A stretch of 64,000 nucleotides of DNA from an uncultured bacterium (lineage in GTDB: Bacteria > Eisenbacteria > RBG-16-71-46 > CAIMUX01 > WJJG01), in the NCBI GenBank assembly GCA_964417675.1, contig CAYQJL010000166.1, positions 2,867-66,866 on the forward strand. The letters run 5' to 3'. Position 1 is the first letter of the stretch. The number at the start of each line of letters is the position of its first letter. Below, in pieces: positions 9,882 through 18,900 of the stretch. The notes under the pieces are model-generated. The model was not told where the DNA came from and ran no database searches. It saw nothing but the letters and a program-made list of their open reading frames with translations. The position numbers and the translations under genes are program-made.

Positions 9882-11132
9882 CTACTCCTCGGGCCTCTCC
9901 CGCAGGGGACGGTCGGAATGGGCGGGTGTGCCGATCTGCGCGCGGCGGTGGAGCGGCAGGACCTTGGCGGGCAGGACGCGATCGCGCCCAAAGCGGCTCT
10001 CGATCCGGTCGAGGGCCGCGGTCAGCCGTTCGCGGCGGTCGTGCCCGTCGGCCGCGAACAGATCGCGTGTGGCGCCGCTTCCGGGATGGATGCTGCTGAC
10101 CCCCACCCCGATCAATCGTATCGGTGCCGCGGTCCAGTTCTTGTGAAACAGCTGCCGCGCGGCCCGGTAGATCTCGTGGCCGTCCGCGGTCGGCACCGCG
10201 AGCGTGGTGCGGCGGGTGAAGGTGCTGAAGTCGTGGTAGCGCAGCTTGATCTGTACGATGCGCCCGGTGACGCCATCCCGGCGCAGCCTGCGTGAGACCC
10301 GATTGGCCTCATCCAGCATCATCCCCTCGAGGGTCTCCGGATCCTCCTGATCCTCTCCGAAGGTGTGTTCGTGGCTGTAGGACTTCGCATCCCAGTCGGG
10401 GACGACCTCGCGCAGATCCTCTCCCCGCGCCAGCCGGTGCAGATGCTCCCCGTGCATTCCGAAGCGCGCCGCGAGCATCCGGCCGTCCAGCGCCGCGAGA
10501 TCACCGATCGTCATGATGCCCATCGAGCGCAGCGCTTCCTGGCTGCGGGGGCCTACGCCCCATAACCGGGCGATATCGAGCGGATGCAAAAACGCGGTGA
10601 CCTGGCCCGGGCCGACGATGGTGAGGCCGTCCGGCTTCTCGAAGTCGGATGCGATCTTGGCCACGAACTTGACCGGCGCGATGCCGACCGAGGCGGTCAA
10701 GCGGGTGCGGGCGCGGATGTCGGCCTTGATGCGCGCGCCGATCTCTTGGGGCGGACCGAAGAGCCGCTCGGTTCCGGTGAGGTCGAGGAAGGCCTCATCC
10801 AGCGAGAGCGGTTCGACCTTGGGCGAGTAGCAGCGGAAGACCTCCATGATCTGGCGGGAGGCCTCCTCGTATTTGCCGAACTGACCTGCGATCCGCACCA
10901 GATGCGGACAGCGCCGCTCCGCCTCGGCCATCGGCATGGCCGAGTGAATGCCGTAGGTGCGCGCCACGTAGGAGGCCGCGCTCACGACACCGCGTCCGGC
11001 AGCGGAACCGCCTACCACCACCGGTTTCCCCGCGAGGGAGGGATCGTCGCGAATTTCGATCGAGGCATAGAACGCATCCATGTCCACATGGGCGAAGACG
11101 CGTGTCCAGGAGTTTGTGGTGCTTTGCTCCAT
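9882..11132 (-). CDS. dinB: DNA polymerase IV (Y-family)
   Basis: FAHVDMDAFYASIEIRDDPSLAGKPVVVGG...SLDEAFLDLTG...VGIAPVKFVAKIASD. Start taken at MEQSTT (11132). ATG 11165 is an alternative. The longer upstream ORF is antisense to the carbonic anhydrase gene. Confidence 0.9.
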   Translation of the reverse strand: MEQSTTNSWTRVFAHVDMDAFYASIEIRDDPSLAGKPVVVGGSAAGRGVVSAASYVARTYGIHSAMPMAEAERRCPHLVRIAGQFGKYEEASRQIMEVFRCYSPKVEPLSLDEAFLDLTGTERLFGPPQEIGARIKADIRARTRLTASVGIAPVKFVAKIASDFEKPDGLTIVGPGQVTAFLHPLDIARLWGVGPRSQEALRSMGIMTIGDLAALDGRMLAARFGMHGEHLHRLARGEDLREVVPDWDAKSYSHEHTFGEDQEDPETLEGMMLDEANRVSRRLRRDGVTGRIVQIKLRYHDFSTFTRRTTLAVPTADGHEIYRAARQLFHKNWTAAPIRLIGVGVSSIHPGSGATRDLFAADGHDRRERLTAALDRIESRFGRDRVLPAKVLPLHRRAQIGTPAHSDRPLRERPEE

Positions 11133-11354
11133 GGCGGATTCCTGTGCTGGACCGAAGACCGACATCTGCAGGGTACGCCAGCACGGCCGCACAGCGCCAC
11201 GCCTGAAATGAACGCGAACTCTTCCGGTGGAGCCGAAGCAGATCCTTGGGAGGGAGGCTGGGGTGGGGTAGGATCGGGGCTTCCCATCGATGGGATCGCC
11301 CCCTGGACGTGTGTCGCGGGGGGAGGGGGGGGAGCTGATAGGGAGGAGGTTCGC

Positions 11355-12092
11355 ATGTCCGATCTCGATTCTCTGCGCCCGCGGGGTGTGTGGGAGCGCT
11401 TCCTGGCCGCCAATCTGCGTCATGCCGAGGGCCGGCCGCGGCATCCGCGCCAGGAGGCCGGTCATCGCCGGGGCCTGCTCGAGGGGCAGGCCCCCCACGC
11501 CGCCATCCTGAGCTGCTCGGATTCGCGGATCGTGCCGGAGATCATCTTCGATCAGGGCCTGGGGGACCTCTTCGTCATCCGGGTCGCGGGGAATGTTCTT
11601 GGGCAGGTGGTGCTGGCGAGCGTGGAGTACGCGGTCGGGCACCTGAAGGTCCCGCTGGTGATCGTCCTGGGACACTCCTCGTGCGGGGCCGTGACCGCGA
11701 CTCTCAGCGGCACAGTGCCGGAGGGGCACCTCTCTGCGCTGACTGAGAAGATCACCGCGACTCTGGGATCCCCGGCTGCGCCCCCCCCGGCCTCGAGACC
11801 CCTGACCGGGGCATCCTCGGCCGGGGCACCCCCGACCGGGGCATCCTCGGCCGGGGCATCCACAGCACCGGGATCCTCGCCCGCGCCGGCCGGCGGCGCC
11901 CAGGTGAGCGCGGCCCGCATCGACGCCGCGGCCCAGACTCACGCGATCGCGGTGGCCCGCGAGCTGCGGGCCAGCATGCCGATCATCGGACCGCGGGTCC
12001 GTAGCGGGGCCACGGAGATCGTGGCCGCCTATTATGACATGGAGAGCGGCCGGGTTCGGGAGCTGGCCGACGGATCCCCCGCAGCTCCCTGA
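11355..12092 (+). CDS. beta-class carbonic anhydrase with a low-complexity insert
   Basis: Zn-ligand and active-site motifs CSDSR, VIRVAGN, GHSSCGAV. GGGAGGAGG lies 5 nt upstream of ATG 11355. Confidence 0.8.
   Translation: MSDLDSLRPRGVWERFLAANLRHAEGRPRHPRQEAGHRRGLLEGQAPHAAILSCSDSRIVPEIIFDQGLGDLFVIRVAGNVLGQVVLASVEYAVGHLKVPLVIVLGHSSCGAVTATLSGTVPEGHLSALTEKITATLGSPAAPPPASRPLTGASSAGAPPTGASSAGASTAPGSSPAPAGGAQVSAARIDAAAQTHAIAVARELRASMPIIGPRVRSGATEIVAAYYDMESGRVRELADGSPAAP
11801..11860. repeat. 2 x 30-bp near-perfect tandem repeat inside the carbonic anhydrase gene
   Basis: cctgaccggggcatcctcggccggggcacc / cccgaccggggcatcctcggccggggcatc, encoding LTGASSAGAPPTGASSAGAS. Confidence 0.9.
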
Positions 12093-12129
12093 TTCGAGGG
12101 AAGGGCCCCGCCGCCGAGGGTGCCGGGCC

Positions 12130-12765
12130 TCAGAGAACCGCGCTGAACAGCTCCACGCAGTAGTCCCGCAGGAAGGTGACGCGCTGTACGAGCAGCGCGA
12201 CTCGGCCCATCACGGTCAGGCCGAAGCCGGCTCCGAAGCCGATCATCAGCGTGTAGACCCCGATCTTGGAGGTCACGCCCAGAACGCCCTTGTGTTCCCG
12301 GGAGAAGAAGAAGTAGCTCAAGGAACAGAGCACGCCAAGGAAGGCCACGGCGAACATGATGCCGCCGTAGGAGCCGTCGACCGGGCGGATGGTGCCCTGC
12401 AGCTGGAAGAGGATCGCCGTCTTGATGGCCAGCGGAATGAAGACCCCGGTGGAGATGCCGATGTAGAAGGCCAGTGCGTAGCGGGCCACGAAACCGTACT
12501 TCCGTGACATGCGAAACCACATCAAGATGCCCAGCGTGACGGGAATGATATAGAACCACTGCGTGCTGAAGTTCTTTGTCAGTGGAACCCAGACCTTGTC
12601 GGTGAAGCTGGTGTGGTAGAGCAGCATGGTCCAGTAGCCGGTGGTGACGCCGACCCAGAGCCGTTCCACGAACTTGTAGGCCATGTTGTCCTTGAAGAGG
12701 AACGAGAAGATGGCCAGCGTGATCAGCGCCGCCAGGCCGTTCCACAACATATCGGTACCGCTCAT
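12130..12765 (-). CDS. polytopic membrane protein, unknown family (module gene 4 of 4)
   Basis: 211 aa with about 6 hydrophobic spans. Starts 18 bp downstream of the preceding gene on the same strand. Confidence 0.7.
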   Translation of the reverse strand: MSGTDMLWNGLAALITLAIFSFLFKDNMAYKFVERLWVGVTTGYWTMLLYHTSFTDKVWVPLTKNFSTQWFYIIPVTLGILMWFRMSRKYGFVARYALAFYIGISTGVFIPLAIKTAILFQLQGTIRPVDGSYGGIMFAVAFLGVLCSLSYFFFSREHKGVLGVTSKIGVYTLMIGFGAGFGLTVMGRVALLVQRVTFLRDYCVELFSAVL

Positions 12766-12783
12766 CCCAGAGTTCCTTTCCAG

Positions 12784-13614
12784 CTACATGCTTCGTTCGG
12801 CCGCGCGCTTGGCGAAGAAGGCGATGTTGGTGATCACGATGAAGACCAGGATCACGGCATGCGAGGTGGTTTGATAGGGGATGCCCCGCAAGCCCTCGCC
12901 GTCGGTGCGGTTCGTGAGCTGTTCGTACTCGGCGGCGCCCTTGATGCCCGGCAGCAGGCCGAAGAGCTGGCCCGATTGCAGGTAGGGATAGTAGTCCGAC
13001 GCCATGACACCCGTGACGCCCAGAGCCAACGGGACACCGAACTTGGCGTTGCCGTAGGTGATCCACATCTCGGCGGCGCTGCCGCCGCACAGGGCGACCA
13101 CCCCCTCGACGTCGTCGAAGTTATGCACGCTGTCCATCATCGGCAATGTGTCGATGTCCTGGTTGTAATAGTCGACGGGGAAGGGAACGCGAAAGTTTGA
13201 GCCCATCGCCAGAATGGTAATGGCCGGATAGGGCTTGTAGCCCAGGAAGACGAAATCCTCGCCCGAGGTCTTGTTCATCTCCGTCGCCACACGCTGGATC
13301 AGCTCGTTGGCCATGGGCGGGCCGAACTGCGACAGGGAACTCATCACCAGGCGGCCGTTCTGGCTGAAGATCTGCCGGATGACCGCTTCGGCCATCGGAT
13401 GGAGTTCGGCCATCGTGGAGGGATCGTAGTCGATCGCCAGGAAGAGGACTTCGCCGTCGGTGACATTGCCGACAAAGCGGTGGACATCCTCCACCTCGCT
13501 GGAAATGGTGACGGGAATGTTCATGTTGAAGATAGCCGGAATCACTACCGCGAGGCCCAGGATCACATAGATCCACCGGCGGTCCACGGAAAGGAGTCGA
13601 TCATACCACGTCAC
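12784..13614 (-). CDS. bitopic membrane protein with central alpha/beta-like soluble domain, unknown family (module gene 3)
   Basis: 276 aa. N-terminal TM (WIYVILGLAVVIPAIF), about 200 aa soluble region, C-terminal TM (HAVILVFIVITNIAFF). 2-bp gap to the upstream gene. Confidence 0.7.
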   Translation of the reverse strand: MTWYDRLLSVDRRWIYVILGLAVVIPAIFNMNIPVTISSEVEDVHRFVGNVTDGEVLFLAIDYDPSTMAELHPMAEAVIRQIFSQNGRLVMSSLSQFGPPMANELIQRVATEMNKTSGEDFVFLGYKPYPAITILAMGSNFRVPFPVDYYNQDIDTLPMMDSVHNFDDVEGVVALCGGSAAEMWITYGNAKFGVPLALGVTGVMASDYYPYLQSGQLFGLLPGIKGAAEYEQLTNRTDGEGLRGIPYQTTSHAVILVFIVITNIAFFAKRAAERSM

Positions 13615-13616
13615 GG

Positions 13617-14243
13617 CTAGTCACCTCCCATGTATGAGCGCTCGATGCCGAGCAGGATCTTCGTGCTATAGGTGATCGCGCCGAGGGCGATGCCGATCAG
13701 GATGGCCCGCTTGGCGGCCATGTTGGGCACCTCGAGGATCCAGCGCACCAGGAGATTGTTCCAGCTGGCGATCGGCTCGGGCAGCGGAATCAATCGCAGC
13801 ATGACGACGAAGGCGGTCAGCAGCAGGATCGCCGCCAGGACCGTGCGGGCGCGGAAGGCGCGGTAGGCGGCGCTGGCGATGTAAAACGCTAGCAGCGAGA
13901 AGAGCGTGGCCTGCGCCGGGATCAGAATGTGGTCGAAGAAGCGGGAACTGAGCGAGGTGGGAGAATAGAACCATTCGACCCGCAACCCGCCGATGATCAT
14001 GATCAGGAAGCCGGCGATGGTCACCAGTGAGAAGATCCGCTCCTTGGGTTCCCGCCGGGCCTTCCGAACGGTTGCGTTCATCAGGCTATAGATGCCGATA
14101 GGCAGCGCAAGAATGCCGATGACGATGACAAAGTCGTTGGCATACTGGAACAGCGTCTCCGAGTATTCGTGCGGTACCATGAATTGCACGATCATGGTCA
14201 ACCCGCAGAGGAACACCAGGATGAGCGGAAGTTGGAGTTTCAT
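13617..14243 (-). CDS. polytopic membrane protein, unknown family (module gene 2)
   Basis: 208 aa with 5-6 hydrophobic spans. 31-bp gap to the upstream gene. Confidence 0.7.
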   Translation of the reverse strand: MKLQLPLILVFLCGLTMIVQFMVPHEYSETLFQYANDFVIVIGILALPIGIYSLMNATVRKARREPKERIFSLVTIAGFLIMIIGGLRVEWFYSPTSLSSRFFDHILIPAQATLFSLLAFYIASAAYRAFRARTVLAAILLLTAFVVMLRLIPLPEPIASWNNLLVRWILEVPNMAAKRAILIGIALGAITYSTKILLGIERSYMGGD

Positions 14244-14274
14244 CGTTTCGCTTTCCTATTCTTGTGCAACTCGA

Positions 14275-15693
14275 TCAGTGCGGCGTGATGATGTTGGTGA
14301 TGAGATTGGTCTTGAAAATTGTCGCCTCCAACACGCCCAGTGTGGCGACGATCAGAATGAGCGCCTTGACCACATCCTGCGCCTTGAGCGGGCCGATCAG
14401 CTTGGGGTCCTGTGACAGATAGGCCGAGGCGGCATAGAGCTCCTCGCCGATCAGGGTATAGTCGGTCGCGGCGACGAAGAAGGGGATCTGGGCGACCTGA
14501 TCGGTACCGGACATCTGAATCGAACCGGTTGTGGCGCCGGCCTCGGCCAGCAGCAGCGCTTCGGCGTGGAAGACGCCCATGTAGAAGTTGGTGGCCGTCT
14601 TCTCCCGCAGCATCAGGCCGTTGACGGCTGCCACGTAGGGAAACTGCATGGCCGAGATGTAGAAGACATTGTCGGGTTCATAGATCTCGGGGCGGCCGGC
14701 TTGCAGGTAGGCTTCCTTCACAGTCTGCTGGGCCATGACCATCATCACCGGATCGTTGACCGGCACGAGCAACGGCGTTTGATACTCGGCGGTCTTGCGC
14801 GCCACCCGGGCCAGAATCGTGTAGCCGGCCAGCGTGGCGATGTCGCCGGCGGTGCCGGTGCCGAGGACGAAGAGAATCGGCCGGCCCATCTCGGTCGCCC
14901 GGCCGATGGCTTCATCGATGCGGCTGAGACCTGGGATGGGGCGGATGTAGAGCTTGCCGCCCTGGCGGGCATGGCGGATGAAGTAGACCATCAAGATGCC
15001 GAGCAGAAGCGCGATGAACAGTACGTTCCCACGCTGCGTGTGGATCCAGTCACCGCGCGCGATGCCGGAGACCGGCGGCGTCAGCGGCGAGACGGAGCCG
15101 TCGGCGGCCCGGGCGCGCAGGCGGTAGTAGACCGGCTGGCCGCGCGGTACGAACAGCGGATTGTACGACCGGCCGCTGCCGACCTTGTCCTGCTGATCGA
15201 GGAAGCTCGTGTCGGCGGCGGGCACCGAGCCGGCCAGAATCCAATCCGCCTCGGGGGCGCCGGGCTCCAGCGGGCCGCCAAGCGAGTCGGGCCGGTAGGG
15301 CAGGCGGTAGATGTCGTACATCAGCAGCCGGTCGGCATCCGGGGAGGGCTCCCAGGTGAGAATGATGCCGTGGCCGTTGTCATTCGGGTTGTCGGCGGTC
15401 CGCAGATTCGTCGGCGGCGCCCACAGCTCCTCGGCCGGCGCGCCCGGCGCGTCTCCCGCCATGCCATCTTGGGCACCGGCGGCATTCGCGATCCATGCCG
15501 TCAGCAGAAGGACGAGCAGGATTCTGACCGGGAGCGATCCTGGTCGGGGCGCAATGGGCGCTGGCGTGATTGGCAGAACGGGCAGGGCGGGTAGGGCGAA
15601 CAGGGCTGGCGGGAAACAGTTCTTTCGCAGCACCGTGGCGAACTCCCTCTTGAACCAATCCGAACCGGGGGCGTTCAGAGGCGTCGGATCCAC
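14275..15693 (-). CDS. membrane protein: signal/TM + FN3-like ectodomain + TM + about 270-aa soluble domain + C-terminal TM, unknown family (module gene 1)
   Basis: 472 aa with GTG start. FN3-like pattern (GIILTWEPSPD...YDIYR...VYYRLRARAADGSVS). TM NVLFIALLLGILMVYFI. The C-terminal half resembles the layout of the 12784-13614 product. Confidence 0.7.
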   Translation of the reverse strand: MDPTPLNAPGSDWFKREFATVLRKNCFPPALFALPALPVLPITPAPIAPRPGSLPVRILLVLLLTAWIANAAGAQDGMAGDAPGAPAEELWAPPTNLRTADNPNDNGHGIILTWEPSPDADRLLMYDIYRLPYRPDSLGGPLEPGAPEADWILAGSVPAADTSFLDQQDKVGSGRSYNPLFVPRGQPVYYRLRARAADGSVSPLTPPVSGIARGDWIHTQRGNVLFIALLLGILMVYFIRHARQGGKLYIRPIPGLSRIDEAIGRATEMGRPILFVLGTGTAGDIATLAGYTILARVARKTAEYQTPLLVPVNDPVMMVMAQQTVKEAYLQAGRPEIYEPDNVFYISAMQFPYVAAVNGLMLREKTATNFYMGVFHAEALLLAEAGATTGSIQMSGTDQVAQIPFFVAATDYTLIGEELYAASAYLSQDPKLIGPLKAQDVVKALILIVATLGVLEATIFKTNLITNIITPH

Positions 15694-15811
15694 AAAGAAC
15701 CGCCGCTGAGAACGCTGCCGACGGCAGGATCAAGCGGCGTGATGAAAGCATGCAGACCTTAGCAGTTGCATACTTTGCTGCACAAGCAAGAACACCGGCG
15801 CAGGAAGATCT

Positions 15812-15840
15812 TTGGCCTGAGGGCCATCCTGAAGTAACAT
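15812..15840 (+). promoter_or_regulatory. candidate sigma-70 promoter for the regulator gene (TTGGCC-N17-TAACAT)
   Basis: Hexamers with a 17-nt spacer, about 80 nt upstream of ATG 15918, in a lower-GC divergent intergenic region. The spacer contains the inverted repeat TGGCCtgagGGCCA. Confidence 0.25.
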
Positions 15841-15917
15841 AAGGACTTCCAGATGGTTGGGCTGAGACCCCGTGACCGATCCGATTTGGGGGGGGCTGAG
15901 GCGAGTCCAGAACAGCG

Positions 15918-18900
15918 ATGACGATACCGGTCCTGACAGCCAAGATCTCCATCCCCCACGTGCCGCCCGGCTACATCGGCCGGGAGCGGCTCGACCGGCT
16001 CTGGACCCGCTGGCGGGAGCGGGGGCTCTGGGTGGTAACCGCCGGGGCCGGCTACGGCAAGAGCTCCTTCCTGGCCGCCCGCGCCCAGGCGATTGACGGC
16101 GTCTGCCTGTGGTACTCGGTCGATGAACTCGATCATGATCCGGCGGTCTTCCTGGCCCACCTGAACGCCGCCCTGGGCACCTCCCGGTCCCCGGCGGCCC
16201 CCGGGGGGAGCGACCTTGCCGAGCCGCGCGCCCTTCAACGGATGCTGGCCGTCCTGGCCCATGCGCTTCAGGGGCCCGCGGCGCCGGCCCTGCTGGTCTT
16301 CGATGACCTGCACCTGCTGCCGAGCGACTCCCCGACGTGGCGCTTTCTGGAACGCTTTCTCGCGTACGTGCCCCCCGCCTGCCAGGTCGTGCTGGCATCG
16401 CGCGAGCCGATTGCCATCGCTACCGCCCGGCGCCAGGTCCATGGCAAGGCGGTTCGCTTGACGGCCGCCGATCTGGCCTTCCGGGAAGCGGAACTGCGGG
16501 CCTTCTTTGCGGCGCGCTTCGGGTCCGACAGCCTTTCCCCGGCTCTGGCGCGCCGGATCCTGGCGCGCACGGAAGGTTGGGCGGCGGGGATCGAGGTTCT
16601 CTTCCAGGCCCTGGAGGGGACCAGCCGCGAGGCGATCGCCGAAGCTCTGGACCGGCTGGGGGAACAGGGCGGCCGGTGGTTCGAATATTTCGCCGAAGAG
16701 GTGCTGCAACGCCTCGACGATCGCATGCAGGACTTCTTGATGCGCTCTTCGATATTCCCGCGGCTTGATCCCGGGGTGTGCAATCAGGTGTTGGGATTGC
16801 ACACCAGCCAGATTTGGCTGCGCCGGGCGGCGGAGCAGAACATCTTCACCTTCGCGCTCGAGAGTCCTGGCGCCGGGTATCGCTACCATCATCTCTTCCG
16901 GCGCTTCTTGCAGTCACGGCTGCATGCGACCCTTTCCCCGCGCGCCTTGCGGGCGCTGTACCGTAAGGCGGCCCGGGCCCTCATGAAGAGCGGCGCGTGG
17001 GCCGAGGCGGCGGCCTGCTGGGCCGAGGCGGGGGATCATCCCGCGTTGCTGCGGCTGCTCGAACGACAAGGCGTGGCGCTGTTGGCCGCCGGCCAGCATC
17101 AGGTGCTCGTGCGGGCACTCGACAGCCTGCCCCCGCGGCGATTGTCGCAGAGTCCCGCAGCGCTGATGATCATGGGGCGCATCGCCGACATCCGCGGCGA
17201 GTGGCCCGAGGCGGAGAAATGCTATCGCCGCGCGTTGCGAACCTGTGATCGTCCGGCGCGCACCGCGGAGCTGAAGGATCTGCTGGCCCACCTGTTGCTC
17301 CGGCAAGGCAAGTACGGGGCCTGCCTGAAGCTCAGCCGCCAACTCCTGGCCGAGCTCGGCCGCCGCAAGCCCGTCCTGCGCGCCCAGCTGATGACCCACA
17401 TGGGTCTGGCCCACAGCGAAACCGGACGACTGGAGGAAGGCGAACGCTGCTTCCAGGAGGCCGAACGTCTCTTTCGCCAGCAGGGCCACCGGCCGGGCCA
17501 GGGGCGGGTGCTCTATTTGCTGGCCGCCAACATTCACTACCGGCGCGGGGAGTTCCGCCGCGCCCGGCACGCCTCGCGCAAGGCGATTCTCATCTTCCGA
17601 AAGATCCATGATCCGCGCCGCCTCTGCCTGAGCCTGGGGGTTCTGGGGTTCATCACCGCCTCGACCGGCGCCCTGCGCGAGGCGCGGGCGCTTACCCAGC
17701 GGGCGCTCCGGCTGGCCGAGGGACTCGAGTACCAGGTCCTGGTCGGCTACTGCCATCACACCTTCGGCCTGTGCGACCTGTTGGAGGATGACCTGGCGGG
17801 CGCCCGGGGGCATTTCTCGCAGGCCCATACCATTGCGGACAGCTTGGGCGATCCGGCCCTGCGCATCTTGCCGCGGCTCGGCCTGGCGGAGTGCGCTCTA
17901 CGGGCGGCGCAGCCTACGCGGGCCGAGCCGGTCTGTCGCGAGGGCCTGGCGATCGCGCAGGCCATGGGGGATCCACTCGGCGAGGCCCGGGCCCGCATGC
18001 TCCTGGGGGAAATCCTCTGGGAGACGCGGCCGCGCAGCGCCCGGGCCCAGTGGGTCCAGGCTGATGCCCTGCTCGACCGGATGGGTGCGGCCTTCGACCG
18101 CAACCGGCTGCTTCTCACGCGGCTGGCCCACGGCGCCGTGGCGGCGTCCCAGGAGCCCGCGCGGTTGGCCGAACTGATCGAGAATGTCACCGTGCAGGAG
18201 CATGAATTCCTGCTGACCAGGGTGGCGTCTCCGGCGGCGGCCCGGGTATTGCCTCGCGCGTTGCGGCATGGGATTCAGCCCGACCGTGTGGCGGCGCTCC
18301 TTGTACAACTTGGGCCGCCCGTGCTGCCCGGACTCGAGGCGTGTATCGACGCCGAGCCGCGCGCCTCCGATCAGATCGGCCAGCGCCTGGTCGAGGTCCT
18401 GTCTCAGATTCCGGGCGACGAGGCTCGTCGGCTGCTGACCTCCCTGGCGGCCCGGGGCCGGTCGGATCAGGACACGGCCGCACTGGAAGCGATTCGTGAA
18501 CTGGAGCGACCGCCGGCGCCGCCGCTTCACATTCTGGCCCTTGGAACCATGGAGGTTCGCGCGGGCGGGCATCAACTGGGGCATGCCGCCTGGCGTTCGG
18601 CCCGCGCCCGGCGCCTGCTGCAGTTGCTCCTGATCCATCGATTCCGCTGGGTGCCGCGGGAGGTCATTCTCGATACGCTGTGGCCGGAGGCCGAACCGGA
18701 GAAGGGAGCCAACAACCTCTGGCAAACGATGCATGTGCTGCGGCGAACCCTGGAACCGGGCCTGCGGGAGGCCCGCCAGTCTGCCTATCTGCGAGCCCGG
18801 GGAGAGGCCTGCCGGCTGGCGCCGGGGGAGGGCTACACCTATGACGTGGAGCAGTTCGAGCGCGCGGCGGCCGGTGGGGAACGCCTGTGGCAGCAAGGCA

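Noticed and set aside
11132-11240. Search for a LexA/SOS box upstream of dinB (e.g. GAACgcGAAC, CTGT...)
   Set aside because: No palindromic CTGT-N8-ACAG or GAAC-N4-GTTC match is present. The LexA motif of this lineage is unknown, so nothing can be called.
11133-11942. 270-codon N-terminal extension of the dinB ORF (contains GCPGRGCPGRGCPGRG repeats)
   Set aside because: The extension is antisense to the carbonic anhydrase gene, and its repeat mirrors the 30-bp tandem repeat there. Pol IV homology starts at MEQSTT.../FAHVDMDAFYAS.
16670-16695. GGTTCGAAT, a T-loop-like string suggesting a tRNA
   Set aside because: It lies inside the regulator coding sequence (GGRWFEYF). The flanks cannot form T-stem or acceptor pairing. 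No other tRNA-like T-arm was found in the intergenic regions.
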